A stretch of DNA of 32,713 nt from Vitrella brassicaformis CCMP3155 (Eukaryota > Protista > Chromerida). The notes beneath the pieces were generated by a model, which was not told the origin of the DNA, did no database searches, and saw only the letters and a program-made list of their open reading frames with translations. Position 1 is the stretch's first letter. Every line of letters starts with the position of its first letter. The stretch covers positions 1-32,713 of the forward strand of contig CDMY01000673.1 in the NCBI GenBank assembly GCA_001179505.1. The letters are read 5' to 3'. Below are positions 11,735 to 24,868 of the stretch, one piece after another. Made by a program: the position numbers and the translations under genes.

Positions 11735-13845
11735 TCACGGCTGCCTTGCGGCCTTGTCGGGTGACTTGGGTTTGTCTTGGGCCTTGCTGCGCGACTCCCA
11801 TCTGCTCCAGTTATAAAGGACGCGGTCGCGGGGCTTGCGCAGGAAGGCCTCAAGCACCGACCAGAAACGCTCCTGGAACAGCCATTCACCAACACATCCA
11901 TCCATCCATCCATCCATCAAGGCAGCCACAGATGCCGTGCTGTGGCTGGGATTTCTTGCTGCTCCTGCCTACTTCGCTGCCTCACCTTGACAAACATGGT
12001 CTCGTGCTTGCTGGTCGCGCGAAGATTCAGCACCTGTTTGGTATGAGAGGAGTCAGGTGCTTCAGGCCACCATTGTCCTGCTGTTGTGTTGTGTGCACGT
12101 CGGTTACCTCGACGTTCCACTGAGATATCGGCGGTGGGAGCTTCTCAGACTCGTGCTTCATGTAGAACCCCCTGCACACGTGCAGACACGCCCAAGCAAC
12201 GAATCGGTACGTGCATCTACTTGTGCGTCCGTCGGTCACCCACCCCCCCCACCCTCATACCTGTAAAGGGTGAAGACGTGTGCTGCATCTGAGGCCTTGA
12301 CGGGGTAGGGAATGAACTGCCATGTCTTGGGCCCCACGAACACGGCCGTGACGTACCGCCACTCCAGTGGCGTGAGGTTGTTGAGGTTCTGGCTGTTGGG
12401 CAGCACGTAAAAGAACAACTCCTGGCCGTCAAACGTCCGACGGATCGTCCACGTCAGCCGCTCACGAGCCTCTTTATCCGTGAGGTCGTACCACTTGGCC
12501 GCCTCTGCACCCACACCCACACCACACACAAACCACACACAAACCAGTCACTCGGTGGAGGGAAAGACTCGCAGCTCGCTTCTCGTGGCTCACTGTTGAC
12601 GTCTTGCGGGTCGATGCGTTCCGCCATGGTGCGCACGACTTCCTCGGCCTTGTCCTCGGGCATGTAGACGCCATCCTTGAGCAGCACAAGCAGCGTCGCC
12701 CGAGCCATCAGAGGCTGCTGGTTCTTCAACCCAGTGGGCGGCGTGACGATCAGCGGCTGCTTCTTGTCGCGAGCCGCCCGACGCACCAGCTCCTGCAGCA
12801 GCGTCTCCTGAACCGCCAGGGATGACGCTGGCTGGGGGGCACTGCCAGACGACACATCGTTGGCCGACGATGACGCTGCAATGCGGTCAAAGGACACAAC
12901 AGTGAGGGACCATGACAAACGGATCCATGCCCCCTTCGTCCATCCCTGTTCTGGCTCACTTTTCTGCCTCTTGGCGTCCACTGAGTTCTCATCGTTGGCC
13001 CCGTTGTCGACCGGCCTCTTGCCACCTGGAGCCCCCGCACCCTCTGCTTCCCTCCTGCCGTCCTCCCTCCCCATGTCGGCCGCGTCCTCCCTGGCCACGT
13101 CATTGTTGACGGCGTCGGCCGGCCTCGCCGCAGCTGCGGCCTTGAGGCCGATCTTGTCCCTCTGGCGTATTCTGTCGTACTTGTCCTTCAGGTCGTAGCG
13201 CGTCTCGACCGTGAGCATGGTGTTGCGCGAGAGGATGGAGCGCTCCTTGCTGAGGATGTCCTCGACTGCCACCGTGCCGTCGGGCAAGACGCCGCCGTCC
13301 TCGGCGTCATCCTCGTCGGCGAAGGACGGCCGTAGCGAGGGCGGCACTCCGGGCAGCTCCTTGGGCGCAATACCGTGTCTGAGCCTCATGCGGCGCATGG
13401 CGCCCTGACGCAGTGCCGGTAGGGCGGGCAGACGGAGGGTGTTTGGGTCGTGAGGTGGTGCGGCATGCTGGTCCATGGGCTGTGGCTGCACGGCCCTGTC
13501 GACGGCTTCGAGGTTGCCGCCCTCCTCGGAGCCATTGAACCAGTCGAGAATGCGGTCAAGCTGGCGGCACCTGTCCTCTGCAGGGAAGCATGAGCTGTGG
13601 ATCCGCTGGTACTCGACCGAGGAGAGGGAGTCCCTGTCGGCCTTGAGGTAGATGGCCAGCACACCCAGCTTGATGATGCCGTTGTTGCGGTCCAGGAAGC
13701 CGCTGGGCACGTCGGCGGGCACCTGCCGGCCTTGTGAGGGGAACTGGACCGTGTGGGTCGACTGGTCATATTGGAACGGCTGGTCCCTCTCCCAGCACTC
13801 CTTCAGCAGCCACAGCGGGTCCACCCGATCACATCCCACATCCAT
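11735..13845 (-). CDS. CDC73: Parafibromin / Cdc73, RNA polymerase II-associated PAF1 complex subunit (553 aa by my model)
   Basis: Exons 13845-12960, 12875-12594, 12504-12261, 12171-12108, 12033-11986, 11872-11735 (1662 nt, all phases compatible). Motifs match Cdc73: DPLWLLKE at the N-terminus, ILSKERSILSRNTML, PLIVTP...LLKDGVYMP, LTPLEWRYVTAVFVGPKTWQF, LPPPISQWNVEVLNL, ERFWSVLEAFL. Compare the human C-domain PIIIIP, DWDRVVAVFVQGPAWQF, VQKWDVTVLEL, RFWETLD. Confidence 0.93.
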
Positions 13846-14653
13846 CGCACCGACGAACGGACGGATCTCACTGATATCCTCCCCTGCACAGCACTGCACG
13901 TCTTGGTGATGGCACTGCACCGCAATGCATTCAATGCCATCATCCACACAGCACACGACACCACGGGAGCAATGAGGAGAGGGAAAAGAGGATGCCTCGA
14001 TAGTCTGTCACCTCAGCTCACCCTTTGATTCGAAGATGAGAGATGCTGTGGATGCGCTTTCTCCCCTTTCGCTTGAGGCGAGCTCATCCCCCATCGCTGA
14101 CATCTAAGCTCGCAGACGCCAAGTACTGAAGAGCGGAGAAACCAGAGAGCGGAGGAAAGGCCGCTGGGGCAAGATGCTGATGTGACATCAACTGGATTCG
14201 GTCAAGTGGCAGAGCCGTCTTTCTGCAAGGTGGGCGAGTGAGGCAAGGAGATGTTTTGCCGAATGATTGCTGCTCCCCCCCTCTCTGTCTGTCCATGTGC
14301 CGACTGTCTGTCTGTCTGTCTGTCTGTCTCTGTGCGTGTCCACCAGTCGCCAACACTGACAGAGACCCCTGCTTGTCGGCATCCGCATCTCTTGTGTGCA
14401 CAGGTACGGAGAGCAAACACCACTCAGCCAGGGTGAGGCGACCCGCACGACTCTGTCTGACTGTCTGTCTGTCTGTGATGTGACTGTGATGTGCTTGTGC
14501 AGACTGATTATCTATCGCAGCTGGCTGCAGTCCATCGGTTGATTTGATTTGATTTGATTGATGTTGCCGCCATTGGGACATTGGCAAGGGGAAGCCAACG
14601 AGTCGTTTTGTCCCGCCGGTTGAGCGCTCGAGGCCTGCAGGGAGGGAGGCACC
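13846..14653. promoter_or_regulatory. Putative bidirectional promoter / 5' UTR region between CDC73 and ATG2
   Basis: 808 bp between divergent ATGs. Contains (TGTC)n tracts near 14305-14330 and 14452-14476, (GATTT)n near 14541-14560, and a possible ATG2 5'UTR intron (gtgagg at about 14432 to ctatcgcag at 14520). Regulatory function is inferred from geometry only. Confidence 0.5.
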
Positions 14654-17600
14654 ATGAACGTGGCTCTGAGCTGCCTGCCCATCAAGCGCTTCTACAAGTA
14701 CCTGCTGAAGCGCGTGTTGGGGACCTTTCTGCGTCACGACCTGGAGCTGGACCAACTGGATGTGCACCTCTACGACGGGCGCATCGAGCTCCGGGCGCTC
14801 GAACTGGATGTGTTTTCCTTCAACGAGTCGCTGAGCGACGGCAACGCCCCCGTGCGGCTGATCGCTGCCAGGGTGGGCAAGCTGCACATGGAGATTCCGT
14901 GGGCCAACATCCTCCAGGACCCCTGCAAGATTTATCTAGAGGACGTCTATGTGGTGCTCGTGCCCTGCCACACCAACTCAGACGCAGCTGATGCGCACGG
15001 CAAGAGGGACCCGCTGAAGCCTCGTTCCGCTGCTCGGTCTCCCACGTGCCATCCCCCGCTGCTCGTCCCACAAGCGGCGGCGAATGGCGGTGCGGGGAAT
15101 AATTTGGCCGCCAACACCAACACGAGCCCCCCCTCTTCGCGGCGTTATGTGTATGAGGGCATGGAGGCTCTGTCGCGTCTGATCCAGCAGATCATCGCCA
15201 ACACTGAGGTCTGTTTCAAGAACGTCGATGTGGTCGTCCAGATGCCATCCCACACCACCCAGACCCACCACCACCAGCACCACCAGGTGCCCTCATCGGC
15301 CCCCGCCAGCCACCAGGCGTCATCGAGCGAGGGCGTGGAGACCCCCACCCCTCCCTCTCTGCCCACGGCCACCACCAACACGCCGGCGGCGTCGCCCCGG
15401 GACAGCAGGGACGACCGAGGGTGTCTGGTGCTGCATGTGGCCACCATGTTTGCCTATTCGGAGGCGCAGCAATCCCGGTGCCTTCGCATATGGGGTGTGA
15501 CGGTGGGCATGGTCCCGGCAGCCTCAGGCTGCTCCCTCTCCCCGTCTACCATCAAGAACCGCCAGGGCGTCACCACGCTCCTCTCGGCTTGCGACGGGGA
15601 CGCGCCATCGGGCATGCTCAAAGTCAAGACCTGCCAGCGCGACGCCAGTGGTGGTGCTGAGGAGGGCGAGAGCAAAGCGGGCGGGTCAACAACTGTCGAT
15701 ATGGACGTGTATGTCCCCGTTGTCAAGGCGATCGTGAGCTACGGCTCGCTGGGGCACCTTGTGCGCATTATCGACGCCCTCACCAGTGGAGAGCCACGGC
15801 CGTATGGGGGCGGAGAGCGGCATCCCCAGCGGCAGCACCAGCATGAGGGCGCGGTTGGTATGAGCAGGCCCGGTGTGGGTGTGGGTGTGGGTGTGGGGGA
15901 GGAGGACGTGTCGGCCAGCCAGGTGACCTCCTGCATTTTTCACTCCCTGCTCGAGCCTGCAGAAGGTGCGCAGAGCCATGGAACAACAGACAGACAGACA
16001 GACAGATCGACTGACGGGTGGATGGACGTATTGCATTTTCCTGTCTCTTGTCCTGTCTTGTGTTGTCTCTCTTGTCGTGGGTTCTGTGTGGCAGTGCTGG
16101 GTGGTCCCTCCTCCCGTCCGCCCCCCACGCATCAGACCCGCGTGTGGAGCCAGCTCTACAGGTACTTCGAGGTCGACGCCACTCTCGAGGACCAAGCCGC
16201 ATCCACCAACTACCAACACCATCACCAACACCAACACCCGGCCCCGCACGAGTTCCCCGACGAGCAGCCACTTCACCGCGCAGACGCGTCAGAGGCCTCT
16301 CCTGGCCATGGGGAGAGGGATGAGACTGCGTCGTCGCTTCTGTCTCCGCCGATCGAGTGGCGCGTGACTCTCGAGGTGCCCGGCGTGATGCTGGTGCTGG
16401 CTCTTCAGGACCAGGCGGACATCCACCCCACGCCCATGGCGCTTTCCCCTTTGCCACCTGACAAACTTACCGCCAGCTGTCTGCAGGCCTGTGTCGACCG
16501 CGTCCATGTCGCCGTCGCGCACCAGCACCACCAGCCCGGGACGGATGTCGATGCTCATGCCGTTGATGCCGGTGATGCTCATGCCGGTGAGCAGCTGGAG
16601 GTCTCGGTGACGTGCTCGCTCAAGGGCTGTGAGGTGCACGCCCACATGCTGCAGCAGCTGCCCTTGCCGTTGCCTCTCCCTGGTGGTCTTGCCACTGGAC
16701 AACCCCAGCAGCAGGAGGCGGTACCTGAGCTGGAGGAGGAGCCTCGCAGGCCCGGCGAGAGGCCCTCGGATGCTTGCGTGACGGCTTTCTCAGGCTCTGA
16801 CAGCGTCGTCACGGTCACCACGCCGGCCAACATGGAGCAGAACGACCTCAACTCGATGATGATGCAATCGGCCCAGTCCATCACCGCATCGGACACCCAG
16901 CCCCCCCTCCACCCCTCATTGGCCACTGACGCCGCTGTGGCTGTTGCGGCTCCGCGGGAGGCGGCGTTTGAGGACACGCCCTTGTCGGTGGAGTCGTGTT
17001 CGCTGCACACGCCTTTGACGCCCGTGACGCCCTTCACGTCCCTTACGCCCACCCCGACGCGCAGCGACGAGGGCCTCGGGCTCTTCCGCTCCATCCCACC
17101 CCCACTGCACCCTCACCCTCACCCGCCAGGCGTCATGGGCCGTGACCATGCCCGGTCCCTCTCGGCCTCGGTGCACCCCCTGCGAGTGGACGTCGACGGC
17201 CGTCTGACGGGCAGCGACGACGACTTCCACGACGCTGTGTGCGCGCCAATGCTCTTGGGCAGCCACCTCCCCCCTGGGCCGAGCCGCGACGACCACCACG
17301 ACCACCTTGCTAACAGTGGCGGGGACGACTACCAGACCGAGGAGCTGGACAAGATCGAGTCCACGGACTCGAGCTGGACGGCTGAAGACGCCGAGGGCCA
17401 GGAGGGGGCGCAGGAAGATCACAGGGGCAAGGAGGAACTGGACGACCTGCGAGGGGGTGACGGTCGCGGCCTGACGGGTGTGCTGCACGGGCTCGAGGGG
17501 CGGGAGGGCGGTGCAGACGACATTGGCGATGAGGTGGAGAGCGTGTCTGGGAGCGAGGAGGGTGAGGGTGAGAGTGTCCTCCACAGCCTGGAGCACCAGT

Positions 17601-20600
17601 TCTTCATGGCAGCCTCCTTCCTCGAGGTGGGCCGCATCACACAAAGCCTAAACCCTACACCCACACAACACAGAGAGAGATGCGTCGCGGCCCTTACCTT
17701 CTGTTTCTCTGTTACTGTAACCGGACGCGGTGCAGGCGTCAGTGTTCGGTCGTCTACACACGCCAAGGGTGATGCATCAGCCCCCCGCCCCCGACGCAGA
17801 CAACGCCATGATGCAGTCGCTCATACAGACAGTGCGGCCGCTCACGGCCTCCGTCATGGGGCGACACAAGACGCCCGCGCACCCTTGCCGACGGAAAAGG
17901 CAAGATGAAGATCAGCCACAGCCACAGCCAGATGCCCAGCCCCAGGCAGCCCCTGCTGCCCCCGTCCCTCCCCCGCTCACGCACTTCGTCAGCGAAAAGC
18001 TGGTCGTCTTTGCGGCCGTGCAGTGGAGGCCAGGTGACGGCGAAGGAGAGGGCCATGGACCGGAGGTGGCCACTGTCGGTCCGGCAGACGCCCACGTGCC
18101 CCCTTTGCTCTTGCCTGACGCCTCCCACCACACCTGGCGGTCACGTATCCACCAAGGCAAAGACCAAGACCGAGATCAAGACGGCCAGTCGTCGCTGTGC
18201 GATCTCAAAGTCTCCTCGCGCGTCATCTTGTCGTCGGCCCTCGATTCGGCCGGTGCTGGTGAGAGGCGCGAGGTGTCTCGGTGTCCTTCCGTGTCTGGCA
18301 AGTCCCTCTCGTCGGCTTCGGCGACGCCGCGTCAGCCCCGGCGTGCGATGGCTGTGGTGGACGGGCGGGTCGATGTGGACATGCAACCGACGGTGCTGAC
18401 TGTGTCACGATCGAGCATCGACTTGCTCAGGGATGTCGCCACGAGGCTGGCCGCTGACGTGCCTGTGCCTGTCGACAGGCCGGGGCCACAGCCAGAAGGG
18501 CGAGATGGCCACATCGGCACCGCGGAAGGCACCGTGGCGAGGCGAGAGGAATCGCCGGTGTTTGTCGGCAGGGTGGTGTGCCCGTCGCTTCGGTGTCAGC
18601 TGGGGCTGTCGGTGCGAGGAGACGAGGACGGCGGGCAGCAGCTGCTTGTCGTGGACCTCGCTGGCAGCCAACTCGAGTGGGACAGTGGGGCTGCAGACGC
18701 GCCATCCTTCCACCGACGCATCAAGGCCCAGGGAGCTCAGATGAGGGTCGCCCTCGTCTCGTCGCCATGGCATCCGCCCTTCCCCCGCACCCCCTCCCCT
18801 GCCTCCCAGTTCACGGTCGTCTCCCTCGTGCAGCGCGGCGAATCGACGGGCATGGCACCGCTCTCCGTGGAGATCTTCGTGCGCCCGTCCCTTGCGCCAC
18901 CACCACAGCCCGACGAGCATGCCGCCATGCGCCAATCCACCAGTCGCCTGAGGCCGCCGAGGGGCAGGGGGGCATCTTCTCCGCGCAACACAGTGAGTGG
19001 CGGCAAGAGGCACTCGGCGCAGGACGGCCTTGGCGGCCACTGGGTGGACATAGAGTACGGCCTCTCGCCCCTGGGGCCGCCCCAGCCCCCGCTGTCAGTG
19101 CGGCCCACTCGTCTGCCGCTGCCACCCACCGCTCTGAGGCACAAAGGGCGCACCACCAGGCGGACACCTCTCGGAATCCCTTCTGGCGCGGCGCATGGAC
19201 ATGGCCTCACCTCGGCTGACGGCAGGCAGCAGAGCGCGGGTGCGAGAGCACCCGATGGGACATGTGCGGGAGGGGCTGGCGGCGTCAAGGATGGCGAGTC
19301 GGGTTTGGACCTGGTGCGGCATCGGGATGTGGAGGTGGTGGTGTGGCTGCCGTCGGTGGAGGCCACCATCGACGAGAGGGACACCCCTCTGCTGGTGCGG
19401 GTCATGCACCGCTTCTGCCGCGAATGGGGGGACGTGACTTCGGCCACCAGTGCGGTTCCCAGCCAGACCTCCTCCGAGACCTACCACACGGCCGTCTCCC
19501 ACAGCCCAGCCACGCCCACCCCCACTCCCCCCTCCCTCGCCCGATCCCCATGCCCCACACCCGCCCCCTCATCAGCCATCGCATCGCCCCGGGACGGTCC
19601 CCACCGACCCCTAAGCCCACTGCCCCAGCCGACGATGGGCGTGCAAGTGTTGTGCGAGCAGCTGCTGCTCGACTGCGGCCGCACTGCGGACGGCGGATGT
19701 GGTCCGCTCGCTGCCTTGCGGATCAGTAAGGTGTGGGTGAGGGGCGTCCCGGGGGGGCTCGGGGCCACGGTGCAGCGGGCAGAGGTCGCCGTGCAGGGCG
19801 AGACGATCCTTAGGTGTCTCCATGGTGGGCAGGTGGGGTCTCACGGTGACGGCAGGGGCGACTCTGATGACGGTCTCATCCCTGTCAACCCGCTTTTTGC
19901 CGCTCTCGGGGCCATTCACGGCTCGCACATGGACCGAGCAGCAGACGCCAGCAGCAGCCTCGACGCGTGCGTCTTGTCGACCTGTCTCTCTTTTCCGTCC
20001 TCGACCCCCGGCGACCCCTGCCCGCCTCCCCCGCGCATCATCCTGTCGTCTGCCAATCTCTCCCTCTGCGTCTCCCCTTCGCTCTCGCACTCCCTGCCCC
20101 CACTGGTCCGCTTTGCCACGGCCATCGCGCACGGCTGCCAGCCACCACCACCACAGCTACACCCACAGACCCCCACAAGCGTCAAGGACGAGCAGGCACT
20201 ACGAGGCAAGGAGAGGGAAGCCCCGAGAGGCGCCGTGGTTCGGCTGCGGCTGAGTAAGTCCCTTGTTTTGGTGCCGCGGTGGGGCAGGGACGAGCTGAGG
20301 GGCATTGTCCATCGGATGAAGAAGCAGGACGACATGGCTACACCTGCGCCGGCCACAGGCAGGTCTTGGCGGCGGCGAGACTGGTCGGTGGGGGTGTGGG
20401 TGGAGGAGGCTGGGGGAATCGCCGACTGCGGCAATGGTAGGGGGGGACCGGTGGCACATCCAGAGGTCGTCAAGGCCACCATCCGCGAGGCACACGTGTA
20501 CCTCACCGACACGACAGCAGTGGTGCGGTCTTCCCTCTCGCTCCCTCCCACGGCCCCCCTCCCTCCCCTGACCCTCCCCTCTGCGCACTGCTCGCTGCCG

Positions 20601-23600
20601 CCCCACGCCCACCTGCAGACCTTAGGGTTCGCCCATCTAGGCAGCGTCATCGGCGCATCGAGCAGAGGCTACGTGACGCGTCTTGACGGTGACGGTGACA
20701 CTGAAGGTGACGGCCGTGTGGTGATGGGTGTGGACGTGCGGGTGAGCACGGCCCATGTGCACCTCTGCACCGACACGGCCCGGTCGCTGCTGTGGGTGGT
20801 GGCCGACCTCACCGAGACATCCAAGAACGAGGCGCCTTCGTCACCCAAATCTCGCCCCATGCCACTCCCCCCCGCCTACCCCCTTGTGGATGCCACCCCG
20901 CCCCCTCACGGCGAGGCTGGTGGTGCGATTGCGTCTCACGCCCAGGTCGCAGCGAGGCCGGCCGTATCGACGCCGCAGGCGTCCCCGCTGAGCCACGCCG
21001 ACAGGCACATGGTCGACCGCAACGTGTTGGAAGGGGTGGACCTTCACGCATTCGCGCCAACGACTCACCAGAAGCAGAAGCAGCCCCCGACCACTGGCAA
21101 GAAGCAGAGGCGCCCACCCCTCCTGCCCACCCCTGATGCCTGCTCCCTCCCCCAGGCAGAGCGACAAGCAGAGGCAAACCATGGCGGGTCCCCGTCAAGG
21201 CGGGCTGCTGCAGCAAGACATCAACTCGACCAGCAGCAGCAGCAGCCGAGAGGGGCTGTGAGGCGAGAGAACGACGCCGGGGGTCAGCTTAAGGCCTTGG
21301 GTATGCGGGAGTGCGTGATTGAGGACTATGTGCGGTCTGCCGAGGCGGCCAACCGGTCCATCTACTCGACGTGTGTCACATATGACGAGAGGGGCGCCGC
21401 TGGTGCAACGGAGAGGGAGAGGGAGAGGGAGAGGGTGGTCACGGGTGGGGGCGTTGGGGAGGATGAGGTGACGCTGCTGCTCCTGTCGCCCGAGCAGGCG
21501 TCCAGGGGCAGAGTGCAGGCGCTGCAAATGGAGGAAAAACAAGCCAGGCAGCAGGTGAGCTGTGAGCTGACTGCTGCAGTCCCAGGTGTATTGATGTATG
21601 TGTATGTCTGTTGGTTGATGCAATGCCTTGGGTGGGTTGTGTCTGTCGTGTGACGGATGCATGGACAATAGGTGCAAGAGGCGATAGAGGAACAGCTGCG
21701 CACCAGCTGCACCTTCACCGCCCGCCTACCCCCCGCCCACGCCCACGCCACCTTCCCCGACTTCCACAGTGTGGTGCCGTCCGCCACCTACCAGCACCAA
21801 CAACCCCTCACTCCCGTCAGCGAGGCGCCCTGCCCCTCTGCTGATACCAATGGTGGCAGTGACCATGACAGTGGCGGGATCGATGCCAACGCGCGGTGGT
21901 TTGTGGACCCGGCGGACGTGCGGATTGTGGATGGACACCTCGGGGGAGAGGGCGAGGGTTTGGACGGCTTCGATGAAGCCAGTGAGCACGAGAGGCTCAA
22001 AATATGGTATGCAAGCTGGCAGTGCATTGGCGGGGGGCAAAGCGTGACACTGGTGGAGTGCAATAAATGTCATATTTGACCCTCTGTCTCTCTGTCTCTC
22101 TGTCTGTCTGTCTGTCTGTCTGTGTTGCGTAGGTACCCCCACGCGGACTGTGTGCTTCGGTGTCAGCTGACGTTCGAATGCGACGAGGTCTCGGTGGCCT
22201 TCCACGGCGGCACCGACCTGCCCCCATCACCCAAGACCGCACCCACCGATCGCACCACACCGGGGTCAGCACAACCAACCACCATCTCACAAGCATAGTT
22301 CTGCCGATCAAATGCATCATGCACCAGCACCTACCTCTCAATCTCTCCCTGTCTGTCCTTTGTCGTGCAGCCGCACAGACGAGAGTGTGTGCGTGCGTTT
22401 GGAGCACGTGCTGGGCCGGATGTTCGGCTTTGACGCCGACAGGAGGGGTGTTGGGGGGGCCGGCGGGGACGGTGAGTCGCTTTCGGCCCTCTACAGGCGG
22501 CGCTGGATGTGGAACGTCCGGGTCAGCGAATGAATGAGAAAGGACACTGAGGCGTGATGGGGTCGATGTATGTATTTGTGGCTGCCTGCATTCGTTGGTT
22601 GGTTCTTCAGGAGGTGGGCGTCCAGGACTGTGTGAGCAGTTCTGTCTTCCAGTACGTCCTCTGCTACTTGGATGACGGCGCGCACAGGCTGCCCCACGCC
22701 ACCACCACCAGCCCCACCAGCCCCGGCCCCACCACAGGGCCGTCGGTGGACATGGTGTCGGTGGTGCTTGACGAGCTGGTGGTGCTGAGCAGCCACACCT
22801 CCTCTGACAGCGGCTGGTGTCCCAACGAGTACCGTGTGGACGTCCGCGTGATGCCTCTGCGCGTCACCATCGACCAGGACACCCTCGAGTTCATCGCCGC
22901 CTTCCTCGAGCACGTCAGGATGCCAGAAATCGTCGAGAAGAGGGCGTCTGCGGGCCAGGAGTCCAGGCCCGATGACGGCGACGAGCAGAGACCCAGCAGG
23001 ACAGCCTCTGAGGAGTTGGGGAGTGGGGGCGGGTCGTCGCCTACCAGCGCTGCGGCTGCTGGTGCTGGTGCTTCTGTGCTGTCGTCCCCCCTGCCAGTAT
23101 TCATCCAGCACTTTTTCATGGATGCACTCCTCATCTCTGTCGACTACCGGTGAGCTGAGCACATGGCCGTCCGTACCACTCTGTGTGGAGAGATAGATGT
23201 CCATGTCTGTGTGTTTGTTGGTGTGCACATCCTCAGGTCCAAGCGTGTGAGTCTGTCTGCGCTGCGTCGGGGAGAGTGGTACGAGTTGCTGAATGTGCTG
23301 CCCCTGCTGGAGGGGCTGGAGGTCGCCTTCGGCCGTGTCACGCTGAGGGGCATCTCGGGGCTCACGCACCTCGGCGACCAGCTGGCCATGCACTGGATGA
23401 AAGACATTGACAGGTGCACACAGTAAAAAAACAGCACAGACACAACCGACCCAGCCTTTCAATCCCTTATGCTCCCTGTCTGTCTGTCTGCATGTCGTCA
23501 GGTCTCAGGTGCTCCGTTGTCTGTCCGGCATAACGCCCATCCGTTCGCTCGTCAACATCGGGGGCGGCATCGCCGATCTTTTCCGCACACCCATACAGCA

Positions 23601-23762
23601 CATGCTCGACACGCAACAGGCGCCACCGCAACAAGTCGGTCCCATCGCAGCCACGGTGCACGGCGAGGGCCCCGGGATGGGCGACGCGCGCTTCTCGCGC
23701 AACTTGCTCAGGGGCGCCACGGCTTTTCTCAAACACATCACAGTCGAGACCATGTACGCCAC

Positions 23763-23795
<33 letters not shown>

Positions 23796-24868
23796 GACTG
23801 CGCGTGCCGTCTTATGTATGTTTGTGTGTTTGTTTGTTTGGCACCCACCCACTGCCCTCCCTCAGCAATTTGACGGAGAAGGTTGTGGTGGGGACGCAGT
23901 ACGTGCTGGAGACGGTCGACAGGCAGGTGGCTCTCCCCAATGTCCCCGCGTACCCCTCATCCCGGTTCCGACTCCCGACGGACGCAGTCGACCCTCGCGC
24001 GCTACCTGACGCCACACAACACACGCCCGGTAAGCGAAGCGGGACACCCACAGTATGACCGACAAAGCGCGCCAATGGCTTGTCGATGAATGGATGGAAA
24101 TGTGTGATGGTGTCGCCTGCAGAGGATGGTGACCGTTCCCCCGAGGATGAAGGCGTGTCCCCTCTTGCTCACCCAGCCCCTCCTTCTGCCGCCCCTCAAG
24201 TGGAGCCAGCTGAGAGTGAGCAGCAGGAGGTGTGTGGCGGGTCGGAGGGTTGGCGGTCGTCTTCGATGAACTGGACGGCGGTGGACATCGGTGCGGGGGG
24301 CGCCTTCTACCAACCCACAACCATGAGGGAGGGACTGGTGGAACACGCATGGCAAAACATCGCCAGAGGGGTCAGACACACACACATCGACATGCAGACA
24401 GACACTCTTCTGTTGTGTTCTGTTCTGGTGTGATGGGTCAGGTTCGCTCTGCCGCCGACGTGGCCGTCACTGTGCCTTTATTGGAACTGCACAGGTGCGC
24501 ATGCAAATTCATTTCAACACGCCGGCAGTATGTATGTATTATCGACGATCATATTGTGAGATGTCTGCTTGCAGGAGCGGTCCGAGCGTCGAGGCGATGG
24601 AGGGGCTGGTGCGGGGCATCCCGCTGTGCATCCTCCGGCCCGTCATCGGGGCGACAGAGGCAATCGCATCCACACTGCAGGCAAGTCAACACTCAACACG
24701 TGCACACACATGTGTGTGACACACGACACATGCTCTAATAACGACGCGTCTTATCGGTGGCTTTGTGCGTGTGTATGTCAGGGTGTGCGCAACGAGCTGG
24801 ATCCGCGTATACGGCGTGACAGGATGCGCAAGTACAAGGGCCCCTCTCTGAAGGAGCCGCCCAGATGA
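14654..24868 (+). CDS. ATG2: Autophagy-related protein 2 (Chorein-N / ATG_C bridge-like lipid transfer protein), 2968 aa by my model
   Basis: N-terminal Chorein_N motif (KRFYKYLLKRVLGTFLRHDLELDQLDVHLYDGRIELRALELD...VGKLHMEIPW). Internal ATG2-type motifs VRIVDGHL, VSVAFHGGTD and PLRVTIDQDTLEFIAAF. C-terminal ATG_C features FIQHFFMDALLISVDYRSKRV, YQPTTMREGL, IPLCILRPVIGATEAIASTLQGVRNELDP...KYK. 14 phase-compatible exons: 14654-15965, 16095-17626, 17736-21554, 21672-22006, 22133-22264, 22371-22521, 22611-23149, 23237-23413, 23502-23753, 23866-24029, 24123-24370, 24442-24494, 24575-24680, 24782-24868 (8907 nt). Confidence 0.93.
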
